A stretch of DNA of 32,507 nt from Planctomycetota bacterium (GCA_045863855.1 BTVV01000067.1:1-32507), one strand, 5' to 3'. Positions 1 through 8,823 are shown, numbered from the stretch's first letter. Notes: generated by a model from the letters alone, not told the origin. Made by a program: numbers and translations.

Positions 1-106
1 CGGAATCTAGAATTCCGCCGCTGTGTGGAGGAGCTGCCAGGCCGTACCACACTATCGCGCGTGTCGCTGTCCACGCCGCCGCCCCAGCGCCTACTGCGTA
101 CGTTCT

Positions 107-179
107 TGGTAGCGGGCCGTGGAGTCGAACCACGCTTTCAAGGGCTATGAACCCTTCCAGACCCGGCCTTCCGCCCGCG
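107..179 (-). tRNA. tRNA-Met(CAT), initiator-like, with a shortened D-arm and encoded CCA
   Basis: Minus strand reads CGCGGGC GGAAGGCCGGGTCTGG AAGGG TTCATAG CCCTT GAAAG CGTGG TTCGACT CCACG GCCCGCT A CCA. It has a C1:U72 mismatch, three G-C pairs at the bottom of the anticodon stem and a TTCGA T-loop. Confidence 0.75.
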
Positions 180-189
180 CCCGAAAAAA

Positions 190-453
190 TTAAAACAGCT
201 TGAACGCCATGCCGCCGAACTTCATGACGTTCTCGATGATCTGCGAAGGCACGGAGTTCGCGACCATCTCCTCATGCAGCAACGCCAGATCCTTGCGGAG
301 CTGCTCCGGGCTGCGCGCGGGGCCGTCGAGGATCACGCCGGCGAGCGGATCGTGCGGTTCCCACCCGTGCTGTTCGAGGATCTCCGGGGTCGGTTCCCCG
401 ACGTAGCCCTGCGCCTTCAGTTCGGCCTTCACTTCCTCCAACGGCCTGCCCAT
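190..453 (-). CDS. hypothetical protein (87 aa)
   Basis: ATG with AGGAGG RBS; in operon orientation. Confidence 0.7.
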   Translation of the reverse strand: MGRPLEEVKAELKAQGYVGEPTPEILEQHGWEPHDPLAGVILDGPARSPEQLRKDLALLHEEMVANSVPSQIIENVMKFGGMAFKLF

Positions 454-479
454 GGCAGCCTCCTTTCGCTTCGAGTGGA

Positions 480-695
480 CTACTTGATCACGTCTTCAAT
501 CACCAAACCATGCTTGGCCAATTCAAGGGTGAGCCGCTTTACGATCCCTTTGAAGTCGGGATCGTTGGGGCTCTGCGCCATCGTGAAGACCAAGCCGGTG
601 ATGCTAAAGATTGCCTGCAGCTCTTCGTCTGGTATCGAGGCGCGGAAGGCTTCGAGAATCTTGCGTGCCCGTTCCTTCTTTTCTTCGCCCGTCAT
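480..695 (-). CDS. hypothetical protein (71 aa, start MTGEEKK)
   Basis: ATGA overlap with the stop of the upstream protease gene. Confidence 0.65.
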   Translation of the reverse strand: MTGEEKKERARKILEAFRASIPDEELQAIFSITGLVFTMAQSPNDPDFKGIVKRLTLELAKHGLVIEDVIK

Positions 696-1363
696 GGCGC
701 TCGCCCTCCCGCATCCTGCAGGAAGTGCCGAATCCGCAGCGCCGGGATGAAGACCAGTGCACACGGCTCGCCCTGGCTACTGGGCACCAATGCGACGATC
801 AGGCCCGCGAGCTTCCCGCCGCGCAGGACCGCGCCGCCGCTCGACCCATGCCCGAAGCCGCGCGCTTCGACGCCCCAGCGGATTTCGTGCTCACCATGCC
901 TTCCGCCTACGATGCCGGGCGCGGACCGAACGGGCTGGCCTTCAACCGCCGCGATAATCTCGACGCGTGCTCCATCCATCAGCGGTGCGGTGTCCAATTC
1001 CAGCGCTCCATCGAGCGGCAGCGCCGGATAAAGCAACGCCAGGTCAAGCCCTTCGTCGCGCTTCGCCGGCGTCGCTCGCAGCCATCCCGGGCTGGCTTCT
1101 ACGAGCGCTTCGCCGCGATCCACTACATGGGCGGCCGTCAGCAGCACGGAGGGCGCCAGGCCGAACGCGCGCCCGTCCACCGCCACTGCCGTACCGTGCT
1201 GCGTGAAGGTGGCTCCGTTCTCTTGCCGGATACATTGGAGCCGCATGACGGGGCTCGCCGGCTGCGCAGCCTGGGGCTTTGCTTCCGAGCGCGAGGCCGG
1301 AAGCGGAGCCGGGCGGGTGCAACCGGCGAGCGAGACTGCGATCAGCAAGAGGAGGGCGCGCAT
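692..1363 (-). CDS. trypsin-like serine protease lipoprotein
   Basis: Signal and lipobox MRALLLLIAVSLAG-C; catalytic triad motifs LLTAAHVV, DLALL, GSSGGAV; AGGAG RBS before the ATG at 1363. Confidence 0.85.
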   Translation of the reverse strand: MRALLLLIAVSLAGCTRPAPLPASRSEAKPQAAQPASPVMRLQCIRQENGATFTQHGTAVAVDGRAFGLAPSVLLTAAHVVDRGEALVEASPGWLRATPAKRDEGLDLALLYPALPLDGALELDTAPLMDGARVEIIAAVEGQPVRSAPGIVGGRHGEHEIRWGVEARGFGHGSSGGAVLRGGKLAGLIVALVPSSQGEPCALVFIPALRIRHFLQDAGGRAP

Positions 1364-1555
1364 CGGTGTCTCCTGAAAGTTGTCTGGCTCGCTTGGCACT
1401 TCCCCAAGGTCGGAGGTTTAGAGGTCGCATGGCCGAGGCGTCCCAGGCCGACCCTTACGCGGTGCATGTGACGTGGGAGCGATCTCACGTCTCCCGCCAA
1501 CCTTCAGCGGCGTTTGAAGCCGCCCCAGGGCTATCCCCTGGCGTCGAGCCAATGA

Positions 1556-2266
1556 TTAGTCTTTCTTGCCGACGAATTGATCGAGGAACTGCAGCACCTG
1601 TTCGCTGCTGTGGTTGAGGATCTCGGCGGTCTGCGCCTTGCCCTCGAAGTAGCTCTGCAGGCCCTGGCTGTAGGCCAGCAAATGGTCGATATCCTTGTGC
1701 GCCGTGACGATCTTCTTGCGCATCTCGATCACGTTGCGTTCGATGGCCGCGTAGTGCTGCGCCTTCTTTTCAAGGATAAGCTGCAGGTTCTTGGGATTGG
1801 CCAGCGCTTCGCCGTTCACGATCTTCACTTCGGCCTTCAATGCGTTCTCGGCCAAGCGATCGGCTTCCGCGACGGCCTTCACTCGGTAATCCGCAATGAA
1901 GGCATCCACGATCCGAGTCATGTTCCGGTCGTAGCTGATCGCGCTGGCTTCCATGGCCGCGACGGCGCTGGATGCTTGCTGGCTCGAACCGCAACCGGTG
2001 AGTGCGAGGCACGGCAACGCGAGCGCAAGCAGTACAAGCAGCTTGGGCGCTTCGTCCTTCGCTTTCGAGGCCAGCGCCTTCATGGCGTCGATGCTGCCTT
2101 CCCCTAGAATGAACGCTGCCGCCAGTCCGCAAATCGCGAGCACCGCATCCTCGGACAGTCCTAACTTGGCCTGCAGCGCCACCGCGATGGTCGCGCCGAG
2201 CGCCATTAAGAACTTCCTGCCTCCGAGCGAATAGATCGTGCTTCGAAACCAGCCCTGTTCGTTCAT
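1556..2266 (-). CDS. holin-like N-terminus fused to a lipoprotein/coiled-coil (spanin-like) domain
   Basis: Start MNEQGW with GGAGG RBS; RKFL..2 TM..FILGEGSID holin-like motif; internal lipobox LALTG-C followed by a helical region. Confidence 0.6.
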   Translation of the reverse strand: MNEQGWFRSTIYSLGGRKFLMALGATIAVALQAKLGLSEDAVLAICGLAAAFILGEGSIDAMKALASKAKDEAPKLLVLLALALPCLALTGCGSSQQASSAVAAMEASAISYDRNMTRIVDAFIADYRVKAVAEADRLAENALKAEVKIVNGEALANPKNLQLILEKKAQHYAAIERNVIEMRKKIVTAHKDIDHLLAYSQGLQSYFEGKAQTAEILNHSSEQVLQFLDQFVGKKD

Positions 2267-2326
2267 GGGTGCGGCCTCCGTAACGGGTTCGAGCCCGCAG
2301 ACGCGGGCGCTTCGATTCGATGCTGA

Positions 2327-2336
2327 ATAGATACGG
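2327..2336 (-). promoter_or_regulatory. late promoter motif CCGTATCTAT (lysis module)
   Basis: Exact copy of the 6x motif, intergenic, upstream of the holin fusion. Confidence 0.75.
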
Positions 2337-2345
2337 CTCAGCCGA

Positions 2346-3788
2346 TTAGGCTTCGGAAGGCTCTTCGTGGCGCGCGCTTTGATCGCTAGGCGCGGCCGGA
2401 ACCGCCTCGGCGGCGGCGACATGGATCTCCGCCACCGGACCGATCTGCGCGTCCAAGCGCGCGGCCACCGCGGCATAGAACGCCGCTGGGTTCGAGATCC
2501 GCGCGTCGTAGCGCCGCCAGCCATCCGCGAGAACGGTCGCGTCGGGCGCGCCTGCGGTGGAGACGGGCGATGTCGGTGAAGTCCAGACCGCGAAGTCAGC
2601 GGGCGGCGTCGTGCCCAACTCTTCTTTCCATAGCCAGGTCAAGCGTGCGCCCGAGGCCGCGCGCGTGACCTCCAGATTCTGCACGCTCGGCAGTGAGGCA
2701 ACCGCACCGCCCGCGCCCACCGTAAAGCGCGCGCGCTTGCGGTATTCATGCTCGCCCCAATGGAAGCCCTGCAAGCGGAAGAGCAGCTCGTAGTCGCCTT
2801 CAGCCAGTTCGGGAAGCGCGATCTGCAACGGATCGGCGTCGGCGTCAACGCGGCCGACGTAAGTCCACGGCGTGGCGCCCACCGCGCGGTAATAGACCAG
2901 GTAGCCGCTGGGATGCAGCGCGCTGCGTTCCAGACCCAACGCGCTACGGCTGATCAGGAAGACGGATCGCGAGAGGCCCAAGGCCGAGCGCGAAGAGCGC
3001 CTTGCTTCACGCGCGAACGCCAGGCCCGAAGCCAGGCGCTGGCCGCGCGAGGAACGCTCGGCGCTCAGTGCGCAGCGCCGGTAGGACGCAACTGCGCGGC
3101 TGAAAGCCAAGCCGCTGCGGTGGTACGTTGGCGAGGCCTCCGCGAGGCCTGTGACGCCGATCCATGGGATCGGCGGACCATCGGCGACCGTGGGCGCGTT
3201 GACTAAGCTCATCGCCGCGCCGCCGACCATATCCACTTCGGGATCGTGTGCGCCGAAGAGCGGCCAGAAATGCACGAGACTGGCGGGGCGAATCGAGATC
3301 GGGAGCGCGCCAGCGGCCAGCGCCGCAACCTCGGCGTCGCTCAGCGCGGCATTCCAAAGAGCAGCGAGGGCAATGCGGCCCGACCAATATGAAATGAGTG
3401 AAGACCAAGGGAGCACGCCCAGCGTTGTGCGATTCACGCCGGTCGGCGTTCGAACCGTGCTGTTCGTGCTTTTACCCGCTCCGTCGAGATATACGTGCCG
3501 GGCGTTCGTCGCTTGTTCGACCACACAGGCGTGATGCCAAGCGCCAGTTCCGAACGTGCTGGAAGTCTCGGCGGTGCTCTGTCCCGTGTCTCGCGCCGTC
3601 CACTGGAGCTTCGAAGACGAAGTGCCAAGCCACCACAAATGGGTCGTCGCATTCTTACTGACTCCGAAGAGCACGTCTCCAGTCGCGGCCCCCGCGTAGA
3701 ACCAACAACCGAAGGTGAAAGGCGCGGCGGTGACCAACGCGGCGGCGTGATTCAGATATTGAGAAGTACCGTTGAACTCGCGGGCCAC
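2346..3788 (-). CDS. virion adhesion protein, LamG/concanavalin A-like domain plus FN3/Ig-like domains
   Basis: PFTFGCWF, WHHACVV, YLDG, WSGRIALAALWNAALSDAEV..L LamG motifs; GYLVYYR and LTWLW FN3-like strands. Confidence 0.7.
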   Translation of the reverse strand: MAREFNGTSQYLNHAAALVTAAPFTFGCWFYAGAATGDVLFGVSKNATTHLWWLGTSSSKLQWTARDTGQSTAETSSTFGTGAWHHACVVEQATNARHVYLDGAGKSTNSTVRTPTGVNRTTLGVLPWSSLISYWSGRIALAALWNAALSDAEVAALAAGALPISIRPASLVHFWPLFGAHDPEVDMVGGAAMSLVNAPTVADGPPIPWIGVTGLAEASPTYHRSGLAFSRAVASYRRCALSAERSSRGQRLASGLAFAREARRSSRSALGLSRSVFLISRSALGLERSALHPSGYLVYYRAVGATPWTYVGRVDADADPLQIALPELAEGDYELLFRLQGFHWGEHEYRKRARFTVGAGGAVASLPSVQNLEVTRAASGARLTWLWKEELGTTPPADFAVWTSPTSPVSTAGAPDATVLADGWRRYDARISNPAAFYAAVAARLDAQIGPVAEIHVAAAEAVPAAPSDQSARHEEPSEA

Positions 3789-3791
3789 GCG

Positions 3792-4286
3792 TTAGCCCTC
3801 TTCGACTTCGACGCTCACAAGCTGCGCGTCCGCCGCCATGTCATCCGCGCCGTCGCCGGCCACACGCGAAATGCGCAGCCGGTAGGATTCGCCCGCCGCC
3901 AGGCTGTCCATCTGAGCGCCGTGCGTGAAGGGGATATCGGTCACCTTGGTGAAACCATCCGTGGCCGGTGCGGTGGCCGTGGCTTCCTGCGCGGCCGCGA
4001 AGGAATCGGCGTCTAGGTCGGTGGTGCCCACCTGGATGCGCTCGATCTCGGCCGACCACTTCACGCTGCCGGTGGTGACCCCGTTGGCTGCCCATTCGAC
4101 GTGGACGATCAAGCCGCCGCCCGCATAGCTGCGCGGGAGCTTGTCGCTGAAGACGATGGCCTGCGCCGTGGTCGGATCGAACTTCAGGATTGGGTGCAGA
4201 TTGCGAAAGCCCAGGCGCGCGGCGTTCGTCGCCGGCGGAATGCCGTGGAGTGGAGAGAACTTCGCCATCGTCTGGCCGCTGGCCAT
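3792..4286 (-). CDS. virion structural protein, paralog of the C-terminal domain of 7680..8555
   Basis: KLPRSYAGG..AANGVTTGSVKW versus QMPQTLPGG..ANATTGNAKV. Confidence 0.6.
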   Translation of the reverse strand: MASGQTMAKFSPLHGIPPATNAARLGFRNLHPILKFDPTTAQAIVFSDKLPRSYAGGGLIVHVEWAANGVTTGSVKWSAEIERIQVGTTDLDADSFAAAQEATATAPATDGFTKVTDIPFTHGAQMDSLAAGESYRLRISRVAGDGADDMAADAQLVSVEVEEG

Positions 4287-4289
4287 GGC

Positions 4290-5531
4290 TTACCTCCACT
4301 CGACGGTAACGCGGTTGGTGTAGTCCTCGCGCGAACGGTGCCCTTTCACGACGACTTCCCGAATCCAAATCCCATAGATCGCGCCGTCCGCCAGCGTGCC
4401 GATGGCAAGCCCATCCGCGTAGGACGTGGGCGCGGCGAAGGTCACGCCGCCAGGCGCGGTGGATTCGTTGGCCGGGTTTTCGAACTCGTTGGTCGAGGGC
4501 GCATCCAGGCCGATATCGATCTCGGGATACACTTCAACGGCGTCGTCGGCATCCCACGCTTGCGAGGCCTTGCCGCGCAGCCCCGCGCCAGGCGCGGCGT
4601 AGTAAAGCGTGTTCCCGCTGCGGTATTTGACGTAACGCAGATCGTCCTTGTCGCTGTTGTAGACCCAGAACGAACGCAGCGGCCAGTCACCGGCGTCTCC
4701 GACCGCGCCGCTGGCCGCGCCGGTACCGATGCCATCGGTCAACGTGGTCGGCGTGCCCAGCGTATCCGCGCGCACATGAACGCGAGCGTCGATCATGTCG
4801 TCGCCCGCAGCGTTCTTGACCACGGCCAGGTGGTAACGCGTCTTGCCCGCGCCGTCCGTTTCGTAGCCTTCCCAGTCGGGGAGTACTTCGCGCTCCGGCT
4901 GAGTCAGCGTCAGCGTGTCCGCTTCGTCGCCTGCGGGCAGCTCGGACGAATCCACCGTAACGATCAGCCACTTGTCTTCGTTGTCGCTGAAGAGCGTGTA
5001 GGTTCCGTCGATGCTCACGTCGACCGCGACGCCGGGCGCGGTGTCGCCGGGCGCCTGCCAGGTCAGTTCCTGCGTGGCGTCGAGATACGAGAGTGTGCCG
5101 TCGCCCGCGCCGTTCAGGTAGCCCGCGCGATTGACGACGACGCCAGTGATGTTCGAGAGGCCGGCCACGTCGAGTGCAGGGATCGGCTCTGAACTGCGCC
5201 ACTTGCCACCCATGAACAGACGAAAGGTATCGGGCGAACCGCCCGTCGCCGGAGCCGTGGGCAGTGGCCGCGACAAGACCAACTTGTCCGTGGCCGCGAC
5301 GAAGTCCATCACGTGGAAGTAAACGCCGCGCAAAGCGACCGTGGGTGTATCCGAATCGAAGCGCCCGATAGCGCCGTTCCAGGCGTCGTCGGCTTCGGTC
5401 AGGGCGCTATTGACGAGTTCGCCGTCCGACGATCCGGCCTGGCACGCGCGCTGCGGACTGGCCTGCCCGTCCGCCGTCAACGCCTTGAGCGGGTAGTACC
5501 ATTCGAGCTTATCGGCGGTCGGGACGGGCAC
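4290..5531 (-). CDS. putative tail/baseplate-associated structural protein (413 aa)
   Basis: Acidic, Gly/Thr/Asp-rich beta-type sequence within the tail cluster; RBS before the GTG. Confidence 0.55.
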   Translation of the reverse strand: MPVPTADKLEWYYPLKALTADGQASPQRACQAGSSDGELVNSALTEADDAWNGAIGRFDSDTPTVALRGVYFHVMDFVAATDKLVLSRPLPTAPATGGSPDTFRLFMGGKWRSSEPIPALDVAGLSNITGVVVNRAGYLNGAGDGTLSYLDATQELTWQAPGDTAPGVAVDVSIDGTYTLFSDNEDKWLIVTVDSSELPAGDEADTLTLTQPEREVLPDWEGYETDGAGKTRYHLAVVKNAAGDDMIDARVHVRADTLGTPTTLTDGIGTGAASGAVGDAGDWPLRSFWVYNSDKDDLRYVKYRSGNTLYYAAPGAGLRGKASQAWDADDAVEVYPEIDIGLDAPSTNEFENPANESTAPGGVTFAAPTSYADGLAIGTLADGAIYGIWIREVVVKGHRSREDYTNRVTVEWR

Positions 5532-5534
5532 GGT

Positions 5535-6686
5535 TCAAACCTCCAGGGTCGCGACCAGGTTGTCCGCAGGCCCGCTTACGTTCACGCCGACCGGAGGCTT
5601 GGGCAGGCCCGGTACGTGGAAGTGAAACTCGCCCGCTGCGCTTTCTTCGCCCTGCCCATTGACGGCCGCCACTCGGTACACATTCCAGATGCCTCCGTGC
5701 GCACGCTGGCTCGTGTACGTCCGATGCTCGAAGTAGTGCCGCCCATCCGTATGTTCGAGGCTGGCGATGCGCTCTTCGGACGCGGCGGTGTTCCGTTTCC
5801 TATAGATACGGTATCTCTGCGCACCTTCGGCACGCGTCCAGTGGATCACCGGGAAGCGTTCGAGCGGATCTTCGACGGCTTCGGGCGGCGCGCCTGGGAG
5901 CGCCTCATGGATCTCCAGCGCGAAGAGTTCCGGCAGTTTGAGTTCGAAGCTGCGCGCGGTGGTTTCGCCGAAGGCCAGCGGACCCGCCACCACGCGCCCG
6001 TTGACCGCGATGTATGCGACGTAGCCCGCGCGTCCGATCCATGCGATGGTCGCACGGTTCGAGGTCACGAACTCCACGCTGAATTCCGCAACGAACGCCT
6101 CCAGCTTGGAGATGGTGTGAGCACCAAAGGCTTCCGCGCTGGCGATGCCTCCCACTTGGATCGTTTGCAGGTCGCGCCCGATGGCCGGCGTTCCGAACGC
6201 TTCAGCGCTCGCGATGCCGCTGGGCTGCACGGTGGTTGTGCCGGGCTGCAGGGTCGGTGTGCCGAACGCTTCCGCGCTAGGTATGCCCGTGGGCTTAACC
6301 AGGTTCGCCAGGGCCGGTGTACCGAACGCTTCCGCGCTGGCGATGCTCCCGGGCTGCAACGTTACTGCGCCAGGCGTAAGGGTCGGCGTACCGAACGCTT
6401 CCGCGCTCGCAATACCCGTGGGTTTGACCAGGTTCGCCAGGCCCGGCGTGCCGAACGCTTCCGCGCTCGCAATGCCCGTGGGCTGTAAGGTGACCGCGCC
6501 AGGATTGAGTGTGGGCGTGCCGAACGATTCCGCGCTCGCGATGCCGGATGGCTTGACGGTTCGTGAGAGCTTGGGCGTTCCGAACGCCTCGGCGCTCGCG
6601 ATGCCTCCCACGCCCGAGAGGGTCTGTGGGGGTTCGCCGGCCAGCGCCGAAAACGGCGCTTCGGAGAATGCGCGGTGGCCGAACAT
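5535..6686 (-). CDS. tail-fibre-like protein with 8 GIASAEAFGTP repeats and a C-terminal FN3-like domain
   Basis: Repeats visible in the translation; IHW..YRIYRK..YRVAAVNGQG FN3-like motif. Confidence 0.7.
   Translation of the reverse strand: MFGHRAFSEAPFSALAGEPPQTLSGVGGIASAEAFGTPKLSRTVKPSGIASAESFGTPTLNPGAVTLQPTGIASAEAFGTPGLANLVKPTGIASAEAFGTPTLTPGAVTLQPGSIASAEAFGTPALANLVKPTGIPSAEAFGTPTLQPGTTTVQPSGIASAEAFGTPAIGRDLQTIQVGGIASAEAFGAHTISKLEAFVAEFSVEFVTSNRATIAWIGRAGYVAYIAVNGRVVAGPLAFGETTARSFELKLPELFALEIHEALPGAPPEAVEDPLERFPVIHWTRAEGAQRYRIYRKRNTAASEERIASLEHTDGRHYFEHRTYTSQRAHGGIWNVYRVAAVNGQGEESAAGEFHFHVPGLPKPPVGVNVSGPADNLVATLEV
5802..5811 (-). promoter_or_regulatory. late promoter motif CCGTATCTAT (internal, ahead of the second adhesion module)
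   Basis: Exact copy inside the 3' part of 5535..6686, about 270 nt before the next start. Confidence 0.55.
6120..6610 (-). repeat. coding tandem repeat, alternating 60/69-bp units (129-bp higher-order unit)
   Basis: Recurring ccgaacgcttccgcgct on the + strand; 20- and 23-aa peptide units. Confidence 0.85.
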
Positions 6687-6689
6687 GGG

Positions 6690-6980
6690 CTACCCGTCCA
6701 GGTTCCCGGCTTCGTCGGGCTTCAGGGCTATAATCAGGTCGGACTTCTCGGCCTCGCGTGCCAAGTGTGTGGCCTTGTCGAATGTGACGCCCTGGATCGC
6801 GCCGCCGATTGCTTGGCCGGCGTACTTCAGCACTTCCAAGCGCAGGTCGCGCTGGGCTTCCTCTGCGGTGCGCGATTTCCCGACGCTCGCGGCCAACTGC
6901 TCTTTCCAAACCGCCACCGGCACATCCACGCTCACACGGATCGTGGCCCCATTGTCGAGCGGCGTTAAGACGGTTTTCAT
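6690..6980 (-). CDS. hypothetical protein (96 aa)
   Basis: AAGGAG RBS, tight packing. Confidence 0.7.
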   Translation of the reverse strand: MKTVLTPLDNGATIRVSVDVPVAVWKEQLAASVGKSRTAEEAQRDLRLEVLKYAGQAIGGAIQGVTFDKATHLAREAEKSDLIIALKPDEAGNLDG

Positions 6981-6992
6981 GCTTGGTTCTCC

Positions 6993-7676
6993 TTAAGCGG
7001 CGGCGCGGCGCGTGCGCAACGGCGCGACGGGCGGCATCAAGTCTGAAGTGCCAGGCGTATTGGTCAGAGTCGGATTCACTTTGCTGGCCGTGAAGTCTTG
7101 CTCCGGCGACTGGAATCCGTACAGCGGCCAGTAGTTCTTTAGATTCAAGCGCGCCACACGCGTGGGCGGCACGCCCTTCGCCAGGGCTTGAGCCTCGTTG
7201 GCTACCAGATCGTCGTTGTAAATCGCCAGATGCGCGAGCTGGCCGTCGAAGTGATCGGCGGCGGTTCCCGTATTGGCGTGGCGCGCCCCGATAAGCAGAT
7301 CGCTGCCTTGAGGTGTCCGACTGCTAGAATTCGTGCCTTCACTGCCGCCATCTATCAGCGCCGCGCGATCCGTGGCCGAACGGAAAAGGCCACACGCCGA
7401 ATGCCACGTGTTGACGGAGTATCCGGTGCTGGAGTTCGCGGCGACTTCCGTGGAATAGGCGAGCGCGGAAACGGGATCTCCGCCGGTGTCGCCCTTCGCC
7501 GACAGCGAGCCTTGATCCGTTACGCTCGTGGCCGTGCCAATGGACATAATTCGCCCGTCGACCGTCGCGCTTGCCGAGCGGAACCAACCGAAAAGCGTGA
7601 ACGGAAGCGCCCAGCTCATGCCGGTACCGTTGGCGGTGAGCCGGTGTTCGCTTGTACGCGTAAACGCTCTGCTCAA
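6993..7676 (-). CDS. LamG/concanavalin A-like virion protein, paralog of the N-terminus of 2346..3788
   Basis: PFTLFGWF, WHSACG, FDGQLAHLAIYNDDL..E..LAKG..YWPL. Confidence 0.7.
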   Translation of the reverse strand: MSRAFTRTSEHRLTANGTGMSWALPFTLFGWFRSASATVDGRIMSIGTATSVTDQGSLSAKGDTGGDPVSALAYSTEVAANSSTGYSVNTWHSACGLFRSATDRAALIDGGSEGTNSSSRTPQGSDLLIGARHANTGTAADHFDGQLAHLAIYNDDLVANEAQALAKGVPPTRVARLNLKNYWPLYGFQSPEQDFTASKVNPTLTNTPGTSDLMPPVAPLRTRRAAA

Positions 7677-7679
7677 GGG

Positions 7680-8555
7680 TTACTCCCAAATGATCGAGGC
7701 TTGCCAGACCGACTTTTGCCCCAGAGTCCAGGACGTGTGCTCGAAGGTCAGGTCCATGACAACAATCTCACCAGCCAGCGGCGCACCTGAATCGGCATCC
7801 AAGGTGATCTTCAGTTCCTTGTACTGATCGTTGTCGCCGGTGCTCCAAGACAGCGTGCTGGTGCCTTCCGCGTTGAGTGTCGCGCCACTCGGGCTTTCCT
7901 CCATCGCCACGGATGCCCACTTGGGGTTCACCTTCGCATTTCCGGTCGTGGCGTTCGCAAGCGCAATCAGCCGGAGCTTGCATGTCCCCCCCGGTAGCGT
8001 TTGAGGCATCTGGAAACGCAGGCGCCAAATTACGTCTGAGCCCGCTGTATTCACGGACGCCTCGACGCCCAGGCCCTCTTCGTGCTTGCTGTTCGCGCCG
8101 CCGCCGATGTACACATCGCCGTAGACGCGGCCCGATGTGATGGGCACTTCGGAGAACGGCCGGATCACAGGCGCGGCAATACCCAGCGTCGTCCGCATCG
8201 CCGCTGCGTCTGCATCATCCAACAACGTGAGCGCAAACGCGGTGAGTTTCGGTGCGATCAGCGAAACGAACACATCCTTCGTGCCCGCGCTGAGATTCAC
8301 GGCGGACGCGCCGTTCGTTCCGGCAACTACACTTGTCCGCGCGAGCGTATCCGGGCTGCCGCTCGTGACGGTACCAACGCCGACCTCCCATTCGTTGGCC
8401 GTGCGATGAACCAATGCGTAGTAGCAGGTGTTGCCGCTGCCGATGCCCGCGACGAAGGTCCGAAAGCCGGTACCCGCGCCCGCCAGCGAAAGCGTGCCCG
8501 TGCCTATGGTCGTCGTGGACTCTTTGACGCGGTCTGCGATCAGCGGCCCGGCCAT
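7680..8555 (-). CDS. tail fibre/appendage protein
   Basis: N-terminal ADRVKESTTT.GTG..EWEVG.GT motif typical of phage fibre proteins; TLLDDADAAAMRTTLG linker. Confidence 0.65.
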   Translation of the reverse strand: MAGPLIADRVKESTTTIGTGTLSLAGAGTGFRTFVAGIGSGNTCYYALVHRTANEWEVGVGTVTSGSPDTLARTSVVAGTNGASAVNLSAGTKDVFVSLIAPKLTAFALTLLDDADAAAMRTTLGIAAPVIRPFSEVPITSGRVYGDVYIGGGANSKHEEGLGVEASVNTAGSDVIWRLRFQMPQTLPGGTCKLRLIALANATTGNAKVNPKWASVAMEESPSGATLNAEGTSTLSWSTGDNDQYKELKITLDADSGAPLAGEIVVMDLTFEHTSWTLGQKSVWQASIIWE

Positions 8556-8586
8556 GCGCTACTCCTTGTGAGGTACGCCGGAGCGA

Positions 8587-8823
8587 TCAGCGCGAACCGG
8601 AGCCGATCTTTTGCGTGGGCGGCTTGGGCGGGAGCTTGCCCGACTTTCGATCTTCCAGCGCCTGGCGCTCGCGCTCCTGAGCCTCGGCCTTGAGCTTGGC
8701 CTCGTAGAGCCCGAACTTGACGCGCTTGGCCTCGCGCAGTTCTTGGATCTTCACGTCCAGCGCCTGGATCTCGCGCTCCAGGTCCAGCGCCGTTCGAGTG
8801 TCCGGTGGAGATTTCTTGGCCAT
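8587..8823 (-). CDS. small coiled-coil protein (78 aa)
   Basis: GGAGG RBS; heptad-rich, charged sequence. Confidence 0.65.
   Translation of the reverse strand: MAKKSPPDTRTALDLEREIQALDVKIQELREAKRVKFGLYEAKLKAEAQERERQALEDRKSGKLPPKPPTQKIGSGSR

Noticed and set aside
107..179. The tRNA as a host attB/att junction
   Set aside because: No integrase or duplicated 3' end in the window, and the atypical tRNA is co-oriented with the phage operon; cannot be fully excluded
2267..2524. Upstream extension of the holin fusion ORF
   Set aside because: It overlaps the previous gene and the promoter motif; the RBS supports the start at 2266
6120..6610. CRISPR-like periodic repeat
   Set aside because: It is an in-frame coding repeat with related, non-unique spacers and no cas genes
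2346..8555. Diversity-generating retroelement or invertible G-segment acting on the fibre genes
   Set aside because: No reverse transcriptase, invertase, near-identical TR/VR pair or flanking inverted repeats were seen
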